Numbered from the stretch's first letter, positions 17,438 through 26,645 are shown. The stretch is DNA of 64,000 nt from an uncultured Prevotellaceae bacterium (GCA_902800495.1 CADCET010000011.1:4118-68117); one strand, 5' to 3'. A program made the numbers and translations. The notes: a model not told the origin generated them from the sequence alone.

Positions 17438-19447
17438 CTAAATGCCTGACAGGACGAAGCGGACGCCGCCGGTGAATTCCGTATCGAGCACTAAGGTGTA
17501 GTCCATCGAGATGGCCAGTCGCCGGGCTAACGGCAGACCGATGCCCAGGCTTTCCTCGTCAGCCGACAGACGGACAAAGGGCTCGAAGATGCGCTGGGCA
17601 TCTTTAGCGGGAATCGTGGGGCCTTCGTTGCTGACGGAGATGGCGTATTTACCGTCAGCAACGGCATAGCAACTCACCAGCACGTTGCCACCCGTGGCAT
17701 ACTTGTCGGCATTGCCAAGCAGACAGTTCAGCAGCGACTGCAGCAGCGGACTGGTATTGACCATCACGTCGTCGGCCACGGAGGTGCGGAACTCAGTGGT
17801 CAGCAGGCGCTTCTTTTCAGCATGAATGGGCGATGCCTCACGGTGCAGGTCGAAGCTGCTGAGGATGGAGCGCACCACTTCATTCAGCCCGACATGGTCG
17901 TTCTTAGGCGCCTGAATATTGTCACCATAGAGACTGAACAAGACGAGGTTGTGGGTGGATGCGGCAACATGATAGGCATTGCGGCACACTTCGCGGCGTA
18001 GCTGCATATATTCATCATGAGGTATCTGACCGTTGGCATCGATGATAACCTCTGCCGTACTGATGAGCGTGAGCAGCGGAGAGCGGAGAGCGTTCTGGCA
18101 GATGAGCTTCTCGTCGTCAGTGATGCCTGCCGACCCTCGGGCGTAGGAATCGAAGACCTGGTCCATGAGCGACTCTATGCTGCGGGCAGCGTCGAGGATG
18201 TCCTGGTAGCGCTTGCCCCGCTCCTCGGGCTTCAGAAGGAAGTCGGAATTGTTGAATATGCGCGCATAGCCCATCAGCACATTGACAGGCGACTCGAGCT
18301 TCTCCATAATCGTGGTGACAAAGGCACGGCGGATGGCTTGGCCGGCCTCAGTGCTGCGGCGGGCTTCCTGCAACTGTAGGAACTGCTCCTTCAGCCGCTT
18401 GTTCTTATTATGACGGAAGATGAGCAAACCCACGAGCAGGGCGATGATTGACAGGGCCATCAGTCCTACTATCACCAACTGTATACGGCGTATCTCAGCC
18501 TTCTTCTGCTCAGCCTGAAGCTGGTCGATGTCGTGCGCCATGTCTATCAGGTGGAGTTCCAAGGCTTCACGCTCGCCGATAAGTATCAGACTGTCCTTCT
18601 GTTCGGAGGCACGGAAGGCACGCTCCCAGTCGCCCATCTTCTCATAGACATTGATGCGCAGCTCAGTGGCCGTCAGCGGCACCTCGATGGAGTCGCACCA
18701 GCCCAGGGCACACTGATAGTCGTTCTGCATCAGGCAGTGGCACACCATCACCTGCTCGAGGTTGGCGGCATTAAACTGTTCGGGCAGATGCTCGCGGATG
18801 CTGTCGTACTTAGAGAAATAGCGCTCGAAGGCATCGCGGTCGCCCAACTTATTGGCAATAATACAGCGGTAACCCAGCACGCCACTCTCGTACATAGGGT
18901 TCTTCAGCATCTGCTTCGGCAGGCTGTCGAGACAGGCCATCGCCTCCGAGGGCCGCTTGAAACTGAGCGTCTGGGCCAGCGAGAGGTAGATATTGAATAC
19001 TGACACAGGGTCTTTCTCAGCATTGATGCTCTCCAGCGCACGCCGGAAGTGCTTCTCGCCCATCTCCAACTGGTTACGGCCGTTATAGAGAAATCCCAGA
19101 CACATATTCGATATGTAGAGATACTGCTCCTGATGGCGATTCTCAATATCGTCGTTAAGGAGTTCAACCTCACTGAAGGCACGATGGAAATACTTGTGGT
19201 TGACATCATAGATGACGCGGTTCATCCATGCGCGGTAATACTTCTCCCACTCCTTGCGCTCCTTCAAATAGCTCATAAAAGCGGCGTGGGCATCGTAGAA
19301 ATCGGAATCGCTGCCTGTCATCTGCGTCTCATAGAGGCGCTGCACCAACTGCTGCTCCTGTAAAGACGGCGGCTGCTGTTGAGCGCACAGAATGACGCAC
19401 AATCCCAACATCACTGCGGATAAAACAACTTTTTTTACTAAATCCAT
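17438..19447 (-). CDS. Membrane sensor histidine-kinase-like protein with degenerate H-boxes
   Basis: TPR-like periplasmic region, TM 'LVIVGLMALSIIALLVGLLIF', HATPase boxes 'LLGNADKY', 'RIFEPF', 'LGIGL', and two HisKA-like helices lacking His. Confidence 0.75.
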   Translation of the reverse strand: MDLVKKVVLSAVMLGLCVILCAQQQPPSLQEQQLVQRLYETQMTGSDSDFYDAHAAFMSYLKERKEWEKYYRAWMNRVIYDVNHKYFHRAFSEVELLNDDIENRHQEQYLYISNMCLGFLYNGRNQLEMGEKHFRRALESINAEKDPVSVFNIYLSLAQTLSFKRPSEAMACLDSLPKQMLKNPMYESGVLGYRCIIANKLGDRDAFERYFSKYDSIREHLPEQFNAANLEQVMVCHCLMQNDYQCALGWCDSIEVPLTATELRINVYEKMGDWERAFRASEQKDSLILIGEREALELHLIDMAHDIDQLQAEQKKAEIRRIQLVIVGLMALSIIALLVGLLIFRHNKNKRLKEQFLQLQEARRSTEAGQAIRRAFVTTIMEKLESPVNVLMGYARIFNNSDFLLKPEERGKRYQDILDAARSIESLMDQVFDSYARGSAGITDDEKLICQNALRSPLLTLISTAEVIIDANGQIPHDEYMQLRREVCRNAYHVAASTHNLVLFSLYGDNIQAPKNDHVGLNEVVRSILSSFDLHREASPIHAEKKRLLTTEFRTSVADDVMVNTSPLLQSLLNCLLGNADKYATGGNVLVSCYAVADGKYAISVSNEGPTIPAKDAQRIFEPFVRLSADEESLGIGLPLARRLAISMDYTLVLDTEFTGGVRFVLSGI

Positions 19448-19579
19448 AGATAAAATCAATGTGTTTCAGGCCACAAATATAAGCAAAAAAACGTTTCAAA
19501 ACAAATAAAATATGTCAAATCGTAAAATTTTTGTTGATTTTAGAACATTTTTAAGGATTTCCGAACCAATTTTGGCCAT

Positions 19580-19614
19580 GGGCGGGTCAAAACACCTGTT
19601 TCCTTGACCCGCCC
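19580..19614. repeat. 11-bp stem hairpin downstream of GH30 (REP-like or terminator)
   Basis: gggcgggtcaa-aacacctgtttcc-ttgacccgccc, with no adjacent U-tract. Confidence 0.5.
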
Positions 19615-19634
19615 CGTGCCCCGTTAAGGCAAGA

Positions 19635-22061
19635 CTAACGCACCACGACTTTCCGTCCTCGGACAATGTAGATGCCGCGCCCGACGGCAGTAGTTCTGCG
19701 CCCCAGCAGGTCGTAGACGGCATTGTCGGCATGACGCTCAGCAACTTGAAGGTCTGCGATGCCATCGGGCTGCTGCGACGCTGTGAGCGGGAAGAGCATC
19801 CACTGGCGGTGGACGGGCGTCGAGTTGCTGTCCTGGTACTGCCAAACGGTAATCACCGTACCGGCAGCCGTCGACTCGTTGCTGAGGTCGAAGCCGTGGG
19901 TGCGGCCGTTGCTGGCTAAGATTTTGAAGAACGGTGCGTCGACGGGGTCTATGTAGAAGTTCTGCTCGCTGGCCTGTGCCTTCTGGGCTGTCAGCGACGA
20001 ACTGCTGCTGCTGCGATGGGCCGTCAGTCGCAGGCCGAGTGCATTCTGCAGGCTATAGGTGCCGTTGCCCATGTCTGTCAGTCGCCAGCGCTGGGCGTCG
20101 CCGTAGTTAATATCCTGGATGGTGACCTGACTGGCCGTTGCCGTGATGGCGCGGGCGTTCTCGTGACGGGGAACAATCAGGTATTCTACACCGTCGCACA
20201 GCAGCTCCTGGGCGTCGGCCATCTTGCTGACGGGTATGACGAGGGTGACGATGCTCTGGGCGGGCAGGGCTGCCATGAGTCCGTCGGCTTCGAGGGTGAT
20301 GCCGCTCTTGGTGCGGGTCAGGTTCTCGCTGGCCGACGTGCGGTAGACCTCAATGTCGGCGAGTGCCGGCAGCGTGCCGAACTGCGACAGGTTGATATGA
20401 TGAACGGCCTTGGCTCCTTCGTTCAGCAGGACGAGCACCAGGGTGTCGCGGTCGGCATTGACAGCCGCCAACGACTGCGGACAGAGCGAGGTGACGATGT
20501 CGTAGCCCCGCTTGATGAAGCGCGAGCATTGCTGGCGCACGTAGTAGTTCTTCACCTTGGCATAGGTCTGGTTGGCAAAACTGCCGCGGACGGTACACCA
20601 CTGGTCGTTAGCCTCTTCCATATACTGCCAGTCAATCCACGCCTCAGGCTGTATGTAGCGCATATCGTCGATGAGTCGCTGGGCCAGGCTGAGGTTGCCG
20701 CCGATGCCATTGCCGCCGGAGCCGGTCTCGCTCATCCACAGGGGCTTTCCGGCCTGATGGGCCAGCAGGGCCAGACGGGCGCGGTCGGCATTGCTGGCCT
20801 GATAGGTGTGCGTGTTCCACTGGCCCACCAAAGGCAGGACGCCGGCGCTTTTGTATTCCTTGAAACCCTGTACGGACAGCCCTACGTTGGTCTCGTCGGA
20901 GGCAGAGATGACGGTGCTAAGTCCTGAGGCGCGCAAGATGGGCTCCAGCACGCGTATGAACTTTATCTGTGAGGAATAGTCGAAATGGCAGCCCTCCTGC
21001 GGACCGTTGGCATACCAGAAGTTGGTCACCGACTCGTTGAACGGTTCCAACGTCTTGAACTCTATGCCGTACACGTCCTTGTAATGCTTGCAGACGTCAA
21101 CAAGATAGTGGGCAAACTCCTCGTAGTACTCGGGCTTCAGGTTGTCCTTGCCGCCGTCGGCATTGCCGCTAACGCAGCCGCTGTAGGTCATGTAGTAAGG
21201 ACAGGAGTTGCTGAAGGCTTCGAACACGGCATCGGGGCGCTTCTCCTTGATTTTCAGCATAATCTTGCGCTGGGCGGCATCGCGGTCCCAGTGATACTCG
21301 TCGCCGCTGAAGTCCTTGAAGCCCTCCATCTCAGCGCGCAGTCCCTTGCCGCTGCCCATGTGGTGCTTGGTGCAGTGGCGGTTCTCAGGGTCGTCGCCGC
21401 CGCCGATGTTGTAGCGGAAGTGACTGTAGTTAAGCCCTGTGGGACTGACCAGCCACTCTACAATCTCGTCAATCTTAGCGTCGCTCCACTTGCCACACTG
21501 GCCGGCCCACCAGCAGAGCGACACGCCCCAGCCGTCGAAGTGCTGGCGCACCAACTGCGGACTCACCATATAGCGGAGGGTGTCGGTAGGCGGCGCCTGT
21601 TTCACGTTGTCGCTGAAATACCACAGGTGCTTCATGTCAGAGCCGTTCTTATCGGTGAAAATCTTGGAGTGGCCATCGTTGCTGTCGGTACCCATATACA
21701 GGTTGTTGGACTTGCAGCGCAGCTTGACAAACTGTCCGGAAGCCGGCTCAATGGTCCACTTAGCAGCGGCTGCCGTAGCACTGGCTATGAACTTCGAGTT
21801 CCACTGGCCTTCGAGGGCGAGATACAGAGACTGGCCGGCGGCCTGGATGTTATAGTAGCCCTGACCGTCGGGCACGATGGTCACCTGCTGCGGGCTGCTC
21901 TTCGTGGGGGCTTCTATCCAGCCGCCATTGTCGCTGCCCATCTCTACGTGGTTGCCGCTGCTATGCATCAGATACAAGGTTGTGGGCTGCGTGAAACTGG
22001 TCTGACCCCACACGAAACTGCCCATCAGGCAGAATAATGCTGTTACAAAACATACTTTCAT
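19635..22061 (-). CDS. Glycoside hydrolase family 30 (endo-beta-1,6-galactanase-like) with beta-trefoil/ricin domains and a T9SS-type CTD
   Basis: 'GWGVSLCWWA', 'FRYNIGGGD', 'LEPFNE', 'LWMSETG', ricin-like 'QRWRL' and 'QWML', and C-terminal 'VYDLLGRR...GIYIVRGRKVVVR'. Confidence 0.85.
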   Translation of the reverse strand: MKVCFVTALFCLMGSFVWGQTSFTQPTTLYLMHSSGNHVEMGSDNGGWIEAPTKSSPQQVTIVPDGQGYYNIQAAGQSLYLALEGQWNSKFIASATAAAAKWTIEPASGQFVKLRCKSNNLYMGTDSNDGHSKIFTDKNGSDMKHLWYFSDNVKQAPPTDTLRYMVSPQLVRQHFDGWGVSLCWWAGQCGKWSDAKIDEIVEWLVSPTGLNYSHFRYNIGGGDDPENRHCTKHHMGSGKGLRAEMEGFKDFSGDEYHWDRDAAQRKIMLKIKEKRPDAVFEAFSNSCPYYMTYSGCVSGNADGGKDNLKPEYYEEFAHYLVDVCKHYKDVYGIEFKTLEPFNESVTNFWYANGPQEGCHFDYSSQIKFIRVLEPILRASGLSTVISASDETNVGLSVQGFKEYKSAGVLPLVGQWNTHTYQASNADRARLALLAHQAGKPLWMSETGSGGNGIGGNLSLAQRLIDDMRYIQPEAWIDWQYMEEANDQWCTVRGSFANQTYAKVKNYYVRQQCSRFIKRGYDIVTSLCPQSLAAVNADRDTLVLVLLNEGAKAVHHINLSQFGTLPALADIEVYRTSASENLTRTKSGITLEADGLMAALPAQSIVTLVIPVSKMADAQELLCDGVEYLIVPRHENARAITATASQVTIQDINYGDAQRWRLTDMGNGTYSLQNALGLRLTAHRSSSSSSLTAQKAQASEQNFYIDPVDAPFFKILASNGRTHGFDLSNESTAAGTVITVWQYQDSNSTPVHRQWMLFPLTASQQPDGIADLQVAERHADNAVYDLLGRRTTAVGRGIYIVRGRKVVVR

Positions 22062-22210
22062 CTTCCGGAAGGTTTAGGTTGGGTTGCAAAATTACAACAA
22101 AAAAGCGAGATATTTTCATTTTCCAAACTTTTTTTGTTGGTTTTACAGCACATTTTTCGTAAAGGCGGAAGCGTAGACAGGAAGGGGGAAACACGAAAGC
22201 CAAATTTTAC

Positions 22211-22294
22211 GGCCGTGACGTTTTCACGAGAGGCCGTGAAATTTTTCTCTAAGGCCGTGAAATTTTCACGAGCGGCCGTGACGTTTTATGATTT
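22211..22294 (+). repeat. 21-bp repeat family, locus 2 (4 tandem units)
   Basis: Units start at 22211, 22232, 22253 and 22274. Consensus GGCCGTGAMRTTTTCACGAG with an internal cgtga..tcacg palindrome. Confidence 0.85.
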
Positions 22295-22340
22295 GTCTCA
22301 TCATGCTTGTAAATATATAATTGTTATAACCGTAAACGAA

Positions 22341-22642
22341 CCCTCACCTCTCGCACCTCTCACACCCGCCTTAGGTGCGGGAGGTGTGGGAGGTGTGGGT
22401 TGTTTTCTCCTTGTCCCTATTATAATACGCGCGCGAGCTGCCGCAGGCGCCACACCTCTCACTTCTCACCTCTCACTTCTCACTTCTCCCTATATGGATA
22501 GCTTAACCAGAAAAGACCCCACCCACGTCGCCCATGTCGCTCCTGGCTCCAGCTTTGCTGGTTTGTGGGGGCAAGAAGTTTTGGGGCGGGATGGGCGACG
22601 TGGGTGGGATGATTTCCGCTTTAGCCTCCCTATACGCGCGCG
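22341..22642 (+). repeat. Two tandem hairpin + CCCTAT..ACGCGCGCG units separated by a CTCACYT heptamer array
   Basis: Hairpin 22341-22399, perfect 18-bp IR 22518-35/22591-608, tails ccctattataatacgcgcgcg and ccctatacgcgcgcg, heptamers at 22451-22488. Confidence 0.7.
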
Positions 22643-22684
22643 TGGGAGGATGCTGCGCCAAAAGATATCAATCGCCTGAATAAG

Positions 22685-23914
22685 TCATCGTTCAGTTTGT
22701 TTAATAACAGAATAGTTCAGAATACGCATTTCGGTAGCTTCGCATATCTCGCGGGCATAGTCGTTGAGCCGATGAAAACGGGAGTAGTCGGTAGACCCGT
22801 CAACAGCCCAAGGGGCAAGGATAAGCAGGTGGCCGGCAGCACAGGCATAGAAACGGCGCTGGGGCGGTTTCCAGTATTCACCAATAGGCTCTTTCTGCAG
22901 AAGAATCAGAGGAAGACGGGCGTCAAGGGCATCGCTGACGACAAGGCTCTCGCCTCGTGAGATGCCTGGCGTGACAAGCACCGCGCCCTCTTCGGCAACA
23001 CGCAACAGGCGGCGGTGCTCAGCCTGGTATGCCTCGGTAAGTTCGGTGGCTTGGCCGGTCTCAGGGTCCTTGCGATGGAAGAACACCTGCTCCTTAATAG
23101 GGTATTTCAAAAGGAAGAGGTTGCCGAAGGCGGCATATTCGCGGCCACCAATCCATAGATGCAGCTGGCGCTCCATGAGCCGGGGGCACTCCTCACGGAT
23201 ACGGGCGCGGAGCGGGTTCTCAGCCATATAGCGCTTGATGTTCTCCAGCATACCGGGGCGGTTGATGATGCGGTCGTGGTAGCCCTTCTCGAAAAGCACG
23301 GGGCGCAGAGGGGCACTGCCCAAGGGAGAAGCCTTGGGCACAACGGCAGAAGCGGCGGCGGCAGGAACAGCGGCGGCAGGAACGCCGGTTGTAACGGCGG
23401 CGGCAGGAACGCCGGTTGTAACGGCGCCGGCAGGAGAAGCGCCGGCAGGAGAAGCGCCGGCGTTATTAGCAGCTGCCGTGCTTGGCGTTTCTCCGCCAAG
23501 CCCCCTCTCATCCTGCAGCGCCCACCACGCCCGCGAGCAGCCCGTCTTAAAGCCCCGCACCACCATCCCCAGGTGCTTGCCCTCGCGGAGCGTCTCGCGT
23601 ACGCACAGCAGCAGATGGATATGGTCGGGCATCATCGCCACCCGCCACACCTCCACCTGAGGATAAAAGCGATGAATCTTCGGCACCTCCTCCTCGAACA
23701 CGCGCCGGCCTAATTCCGACAGCTGAACATGGGGCGCCTCGTCGGTTCCTGGCCGTCCGTTAGCACGCCCGACAATACTCCCGAAAAGACGCTTACGCCC
23801 GCCGATAACCATCGTAATCATATAAAGCCCCTTTTGGTGGTAGTCGTGCCAGTACGACCGGCGGTGCTGGTTATGCTGGGTCTCACATCGCGGTGCTTCC
23901 ATACTGTCCTTCAT
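22685..23914 (-). CDS. HUH/Y1 REP-associated-type transposase (RAYT-like) fused to a DprA/SLOG-like C-terminal domain
   Basis: 'DYHQKGLYMITM', HUH 'MMPDHIH', 'GFKTG', 'FEKGYHDRII', 'RYMAENP'. C-terminal domain 'VLVTPGISRGE...LPLILL...GHLLILAPW'. Confidence 0.8.
   Translation of the reverse strand: MKDSMEAPRCETQHNQHRRSYWHDYHQKGLYMITMVIGGRKRLFGSIVGRANGRPGTDEAPHVQLSELGRRVFEEEVPKIHRFYPQVEVWRVAMMPDHIHLLLCVRETLREGKHLGMVVRGFKTGCSRAWWALQDERGLGGETPSTAAANNAGASPAGASPAGAVTTGVPAAAVTTGVPAAAVPAAAASAVVPKASPLGSAPLRPVLFEKGYHDRIINRPGMLENIKRYMAENPLRARIREECPRLMERQLHLWIGGREYAAFGNLFLLKYPIKEQVFFHRKDPETGQATELTEAYQAEHRRLLRVAEEGAVLVTPGISRGESLVVSDALDARLPLILLQKEPIGEYWKPPQRRFYACAAGHLLILAPWAVDGSTDYSRFHRLNDYAREICEATEMRILNYSVIKQTER
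23307..23508. repeat. REPIN-like inverted hairpin doublet within the RAYT1 CDS
   Basis: tgcccaagg-gagaag-ccttgggca (23317-40) and gcttggcg-tttctc-cgccaagc (23480-501), with 24-bp and 15-bp tandem duplications between them. Confidence 0.7.
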
Positions 23915-23932
23915 GCTTCTATAAAACAAAAG

Positions 23933-24802
23933 TCACTTCCTCCACGCCCGCCTGGTTTGCAGCAAGACGCTGAGCAGGATGAGGGCTATGCCCACGTAGA
24001 AGGAGAAATTGATTTCGCGCCCCTCGCCGAAGATGATGAAGGCGAGGATGATGGTGTAGCAAGGCTCGAGGTTGTAAGTGAGATTGACGGTGAAGGCCGA
24101 CAGCCGCTTCAGGGCCTGAATCTGCAAGAGGTACATACCAACGGTGCAGAACAATGCGTGACAGAGCATGAACCAGAGATTCGAGCCCTCAGGCACGACG
24201 ACGACGGGCTGCTGACTGGGAAAGAAAAGGAGATAGACGGGGATGATGGCCGACATGGCGACGAGACCTCCCGACATCTGGTACATCAGCACCGTCCGAC
24301 TGCGCACACCCACACTCGCCTTTTTGTTGCAGATGGCGTAGAGGGCGCAGACGGCTGACGACACCACGCCAATCATTATGCCATAGCGATAACGGGCGTC
24401 AAGGGAGAAGATGCACAACACGCCCGCCACCGTTATCAGCGAGAAGAGCAGCTCCCAGCCAGAAAGACGCCTCTTGAAAAGCAGCGGTTCGAACAACGCC
24501 GTAAAGAAACCTATCAGCGAGAAGCAGATGACACCGATGGAGACGTTCGACGCCTTGATGCTGCCGTAGAACAGAATCCAATGGAAGCCCAGCAGCGCCC
24601 CACAGCCGCTAAGTTGCAGGAACTTGCGCCACCCTACCCTCGGCAGCCCCGTAAACACGAGCAGAATAGCGCTCGTAAACAGCATACGATACCACACGAT
24701 ATCCACCTCGTTGAGGGTGATGAGCCGTCCGAACAAGCCCGTAAAGCCTGCCAAAAGCACACTCAGGTGCAACTGCACGAATCCTTTCCTCGTCTCGCTC
24801 AT
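23933..24802 (-). CDS. DMT/EamA family transporter
   Basis: About 10 TM segments. 'LAGFTGLFGRLI', 'HWILFYGSIKASNVSIG', 'LSAFTVNLTYNLEP'. Alternative start at 24829. Confidence 0.88.
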   Translation of the reverse strand: MSETRKGFVQLHLSVLLAGFTGLFGRLITLNEVDIVWYRMLFTSAILLVFTGLPRVGWRKFLQLSGCGALLGFHWILFYGSIKASNVSIGVICFSLIGFFTALFEPLLFKRRLSGWELLFSLITVAGVLCIFSLDARYRYGIMIGVVSSAVCALYAICNKKASVGVRSRTVLMYQMSGGLVAMSAIIPVYLLFFPSQQPVVVVPEGSNLWFMLCHALFCTVGMYLLQIQALKRLSAFTVNLTYNLEPCYTIILAFIIFGEGREINFSFYVGIALILLSVLLQTRRAWRK

Positions 24803-24825
24803 CTTTCTTCTCAATGGCAAAATAG

Positions 24826-25494
24826 TCATCCTATCAACCGTTGGAGCTGTCTATCGGAAGCATTTGGCAGAAGGGCTCGAAAATGGGAAATGATTTGTTG
24901 GTAGGACTCCTCCGGAGTATGTGAACAACGGAAAGCATCACGTCCCATGAGCGTCTCGGGTGTTGTGAGTAGCGACCAGCCCCAACCGTATTCGCGTCCA
25001 TGCTTGTCAGTGGGATATACGAAGTCCTCGGTGACGATAAGGCAGGCCATTTGTAGGCGGGTGACGTAGCCATCAAACTTACTACGCATCTTGGGGCCGT
25101 CGAAGCCACAAGCCGCACGCAGTTCACGAGTAATGAGACTGCCGTGTTCGCGGAGCGTAGTGAGGATGATATCGTCAATGGTTCCTTCTACAGGCACAGG
25201 ATATTTGCTGCGGCGGTAGTTGCAGAAGTCAGGCCACCACGCGCGACTGATGAACCCGGCTTTCTTATTGAAGAACTTGCCATAAACGCAACTGCCTTCC
25301 GACACGATGGGACCCTTCCACTTCCACAACGGCCAGTCCCAACCGCCATCGTCGAATACCACATAGCGGCAGTCGTCAGTCACAATCTCTTCTGCTGAAA
25401 AGCCTTGTATGCCACTGTCTAACAGCGGTAGAAATCCCACCTCTTGAATGAATGCCGTCAGTTGGGCTGCTGAATATATCTCGTTGTGCTTCAT
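24826..25494 (-). CDS. Conserved hypothetical winged-helix protein (AlkZ-related family, tentative)
   Basis: 'VGFLPL', 'WKWK', 'VYGKFFNKKAGFIS', 'FDGYVTRLQM', 'YGWGWS..TTPE'. Confidence 0.55.
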   Translation of the reverse strand: MKHNEIYSAAQLTAFIQEVGFLPLLDSGIQGFSAEEIVTDDCRYVVFDDGGWDWPLWKWKGPIVSEGSCVYGKFFNKKAGFISRAWWPDFCNYRRSKYPVPVEGTIDDIILTTLREHGSLITRELRAACGFDGPKMRSKFDGYVTRLQMACLIVTEDFVYPTDKHGREYGWGWSLLTTPETLMGRDAFRCSHTPEESYQQIISHFRALLPNASDRQLQRLIG

Positions 25495-25575
25495 CTCTGA
25501 CCGCAAATATACGACTTTTTTCCGAATAAATGAATATAGTCACGAGAAAAGTTGTATCTTTGGGGCACAATTGCT

Positions 25576-26589
25576 ATGGATAGAGCAACATTTGAAAGTC
25601 AGAAGGCATTTGCAGGCGAGAAGAAGCCCTCAATGCAGCGACGCTGTGTGGATAATGACTACACAGCACGACGGATGTATATGATAACGATGGTGACAGA
25701 GGGACGGAAGCCACTGTTTGGACAGGTGGTGGGACGAAGCGAGGCTGTGGAGCCATCGTCAGAGTCGCCTCATATCGCACTATCGCCATTGGGAGAGGCC
25801 ATAGGGCAGATATGGCAAACGATAGGCAGCTATCATCCTGAAGTGAAGGTGGTGGCGCTGCAGATGATGCCTGATCATCTGCACGCCATTCTGTTTGTGA
25901 AGGAGCGGATGGAAAAACCGCTTGGGAAGGTGCTGCTGGGCGTGAAACAGGCCTGCAACCAAGCATTTAGGAAGGTGATGCCGGTAGAGTTTGTTGCTGT
26001 GGCACAGCAACATGCACAACAGAGCCGCGAAAACGGGCTGCTGTTTGCAAAGGGCTTTAACGACCAGATTTTGCTAAAGGAGGGACAACTTGAGCGATGG
26101 CTGAACTACCTGAAAGATAACCCACGGCGTCTGCTGATGAAGCGGGAGAACCCTGACCTCTTTAGAGTTCAAAGGGGACTGATTTTTGCTGGGTTCAACT
26201 TTTCGGCTATTGGTAATCGGTTTTTGTTGGAAAGGCCGTTGAAGATACAGGTGCAGTGCTCGAGGAGCATCAGCGATAGCGATTTACAGGCGAAGATGAA
26301 CGAATGTCTTAGAGCAGCAAGGCAAGGGGCCGTGCTGGTGTCGCCAGCAATCTCGAAAGGAGAAAAAGCCATTATGAGGGCGGCCTTCGACGAAGGGCTG
26401 CCGTTGGTCTATCTGCAAGAGAATGGCTTTACGGATTTAGCAAAGCCTGGCGGCATGAGGATGGATGCCTGCGCCAGAGGGCAACTACTGATACTGGCGC
26501 CATGGGAGCATCATAATGAGAAGACTATCATCAAGCGGGGGCAATGCTTAGAGCTTAACGAGATGGCGAGGGCTATTTGTGAGGGTTGA
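25576..26589 (+). CDS. Second HUH/Y1 RAYT-like transposase with a DprA/SLOG-like C-terminal domain
   Basis: 'DYTARRMYMITM', HUH 'MMPDHLH', 'FAKGFNDQIL', 'NYLKDNP'. C-terminal 'VQCSRS...GAVLVSPAISKGEK...GQLLILAPW'. TATCTTTG promoter at 25555. Confidence 0.82.
   Translation: MDRATFESQKAFAGEKKPSMQRRCVDNDYTARRMYMITMVTEGRKPLFGQVVGRSEAVEPSSESPHIALSPLGEAIGQIWQTIGSYHPEVKVVALQMMPDHLHAILFVKERMEKPLGKVLLGVKQACNQAFRKVMPVEFVAVAQQHAQQSRENGLLFAKGFNDQILLKEGQLERWLNYLKDNPRRLLMKRENPDLFRVQRGLIFAGFNFSAIGNRFLLERPLKIQVQCSRSISDSDLQAKMNECLRAARQGAVLVSPAISKGEKAIMRAAFDEGLPLVYLQENGFTDLAKPGGMRMDACARGQLLILAPWEHHNEKTIIKRGQCLELNEMARAICEG
25983..26012 (+). repeat. REP-like element inside the RAYT2 CDS
   Basis: ggtagagtt-tgttgctgtg-g-cacagcaaca: GTAG followed by a 10-bp perfect stem. 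Confidence 0.8.
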
Positions 26590-26601
26590 GCGTTGAGCTT
26601 A

Positions 26602-26630
26602 TTGCTGTGGCACAGCAGCAAACAGAACAA
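26602..26630 (+). repeat. REP-like element immediately downstream of RAYT2
   Basis: ttgctgtggcacagcagcaaacagaacaa. Positions 26604-26630 match 32191-32217 at 25/27. Confidence 0.8.
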
Positions 26631-26645
26631 AAGCGCCAAAGACCC

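Noticed and set aside
20016-22037. Long antisense ORFs opposite GH30, and similarly opposite frdA, mnmG and mutS
   Set aside because: Shadow ORFs caused by GC3-biased codon usage of the real genes. No motifs.
22134-22679. 181-aa ORF
   Set aside because: It is a translation of repeat DNA (AVTFSRE, TSHLSLL), with no ATG start or domain.
25634-25646. Short palindrome cagcg-a-cgctg at the RAYT2 N-terminus (similar weak cores at 30933 and 44978)
   Set aside because: Stems of 5 bp or less within ordinary coding motifs are expected by chance.
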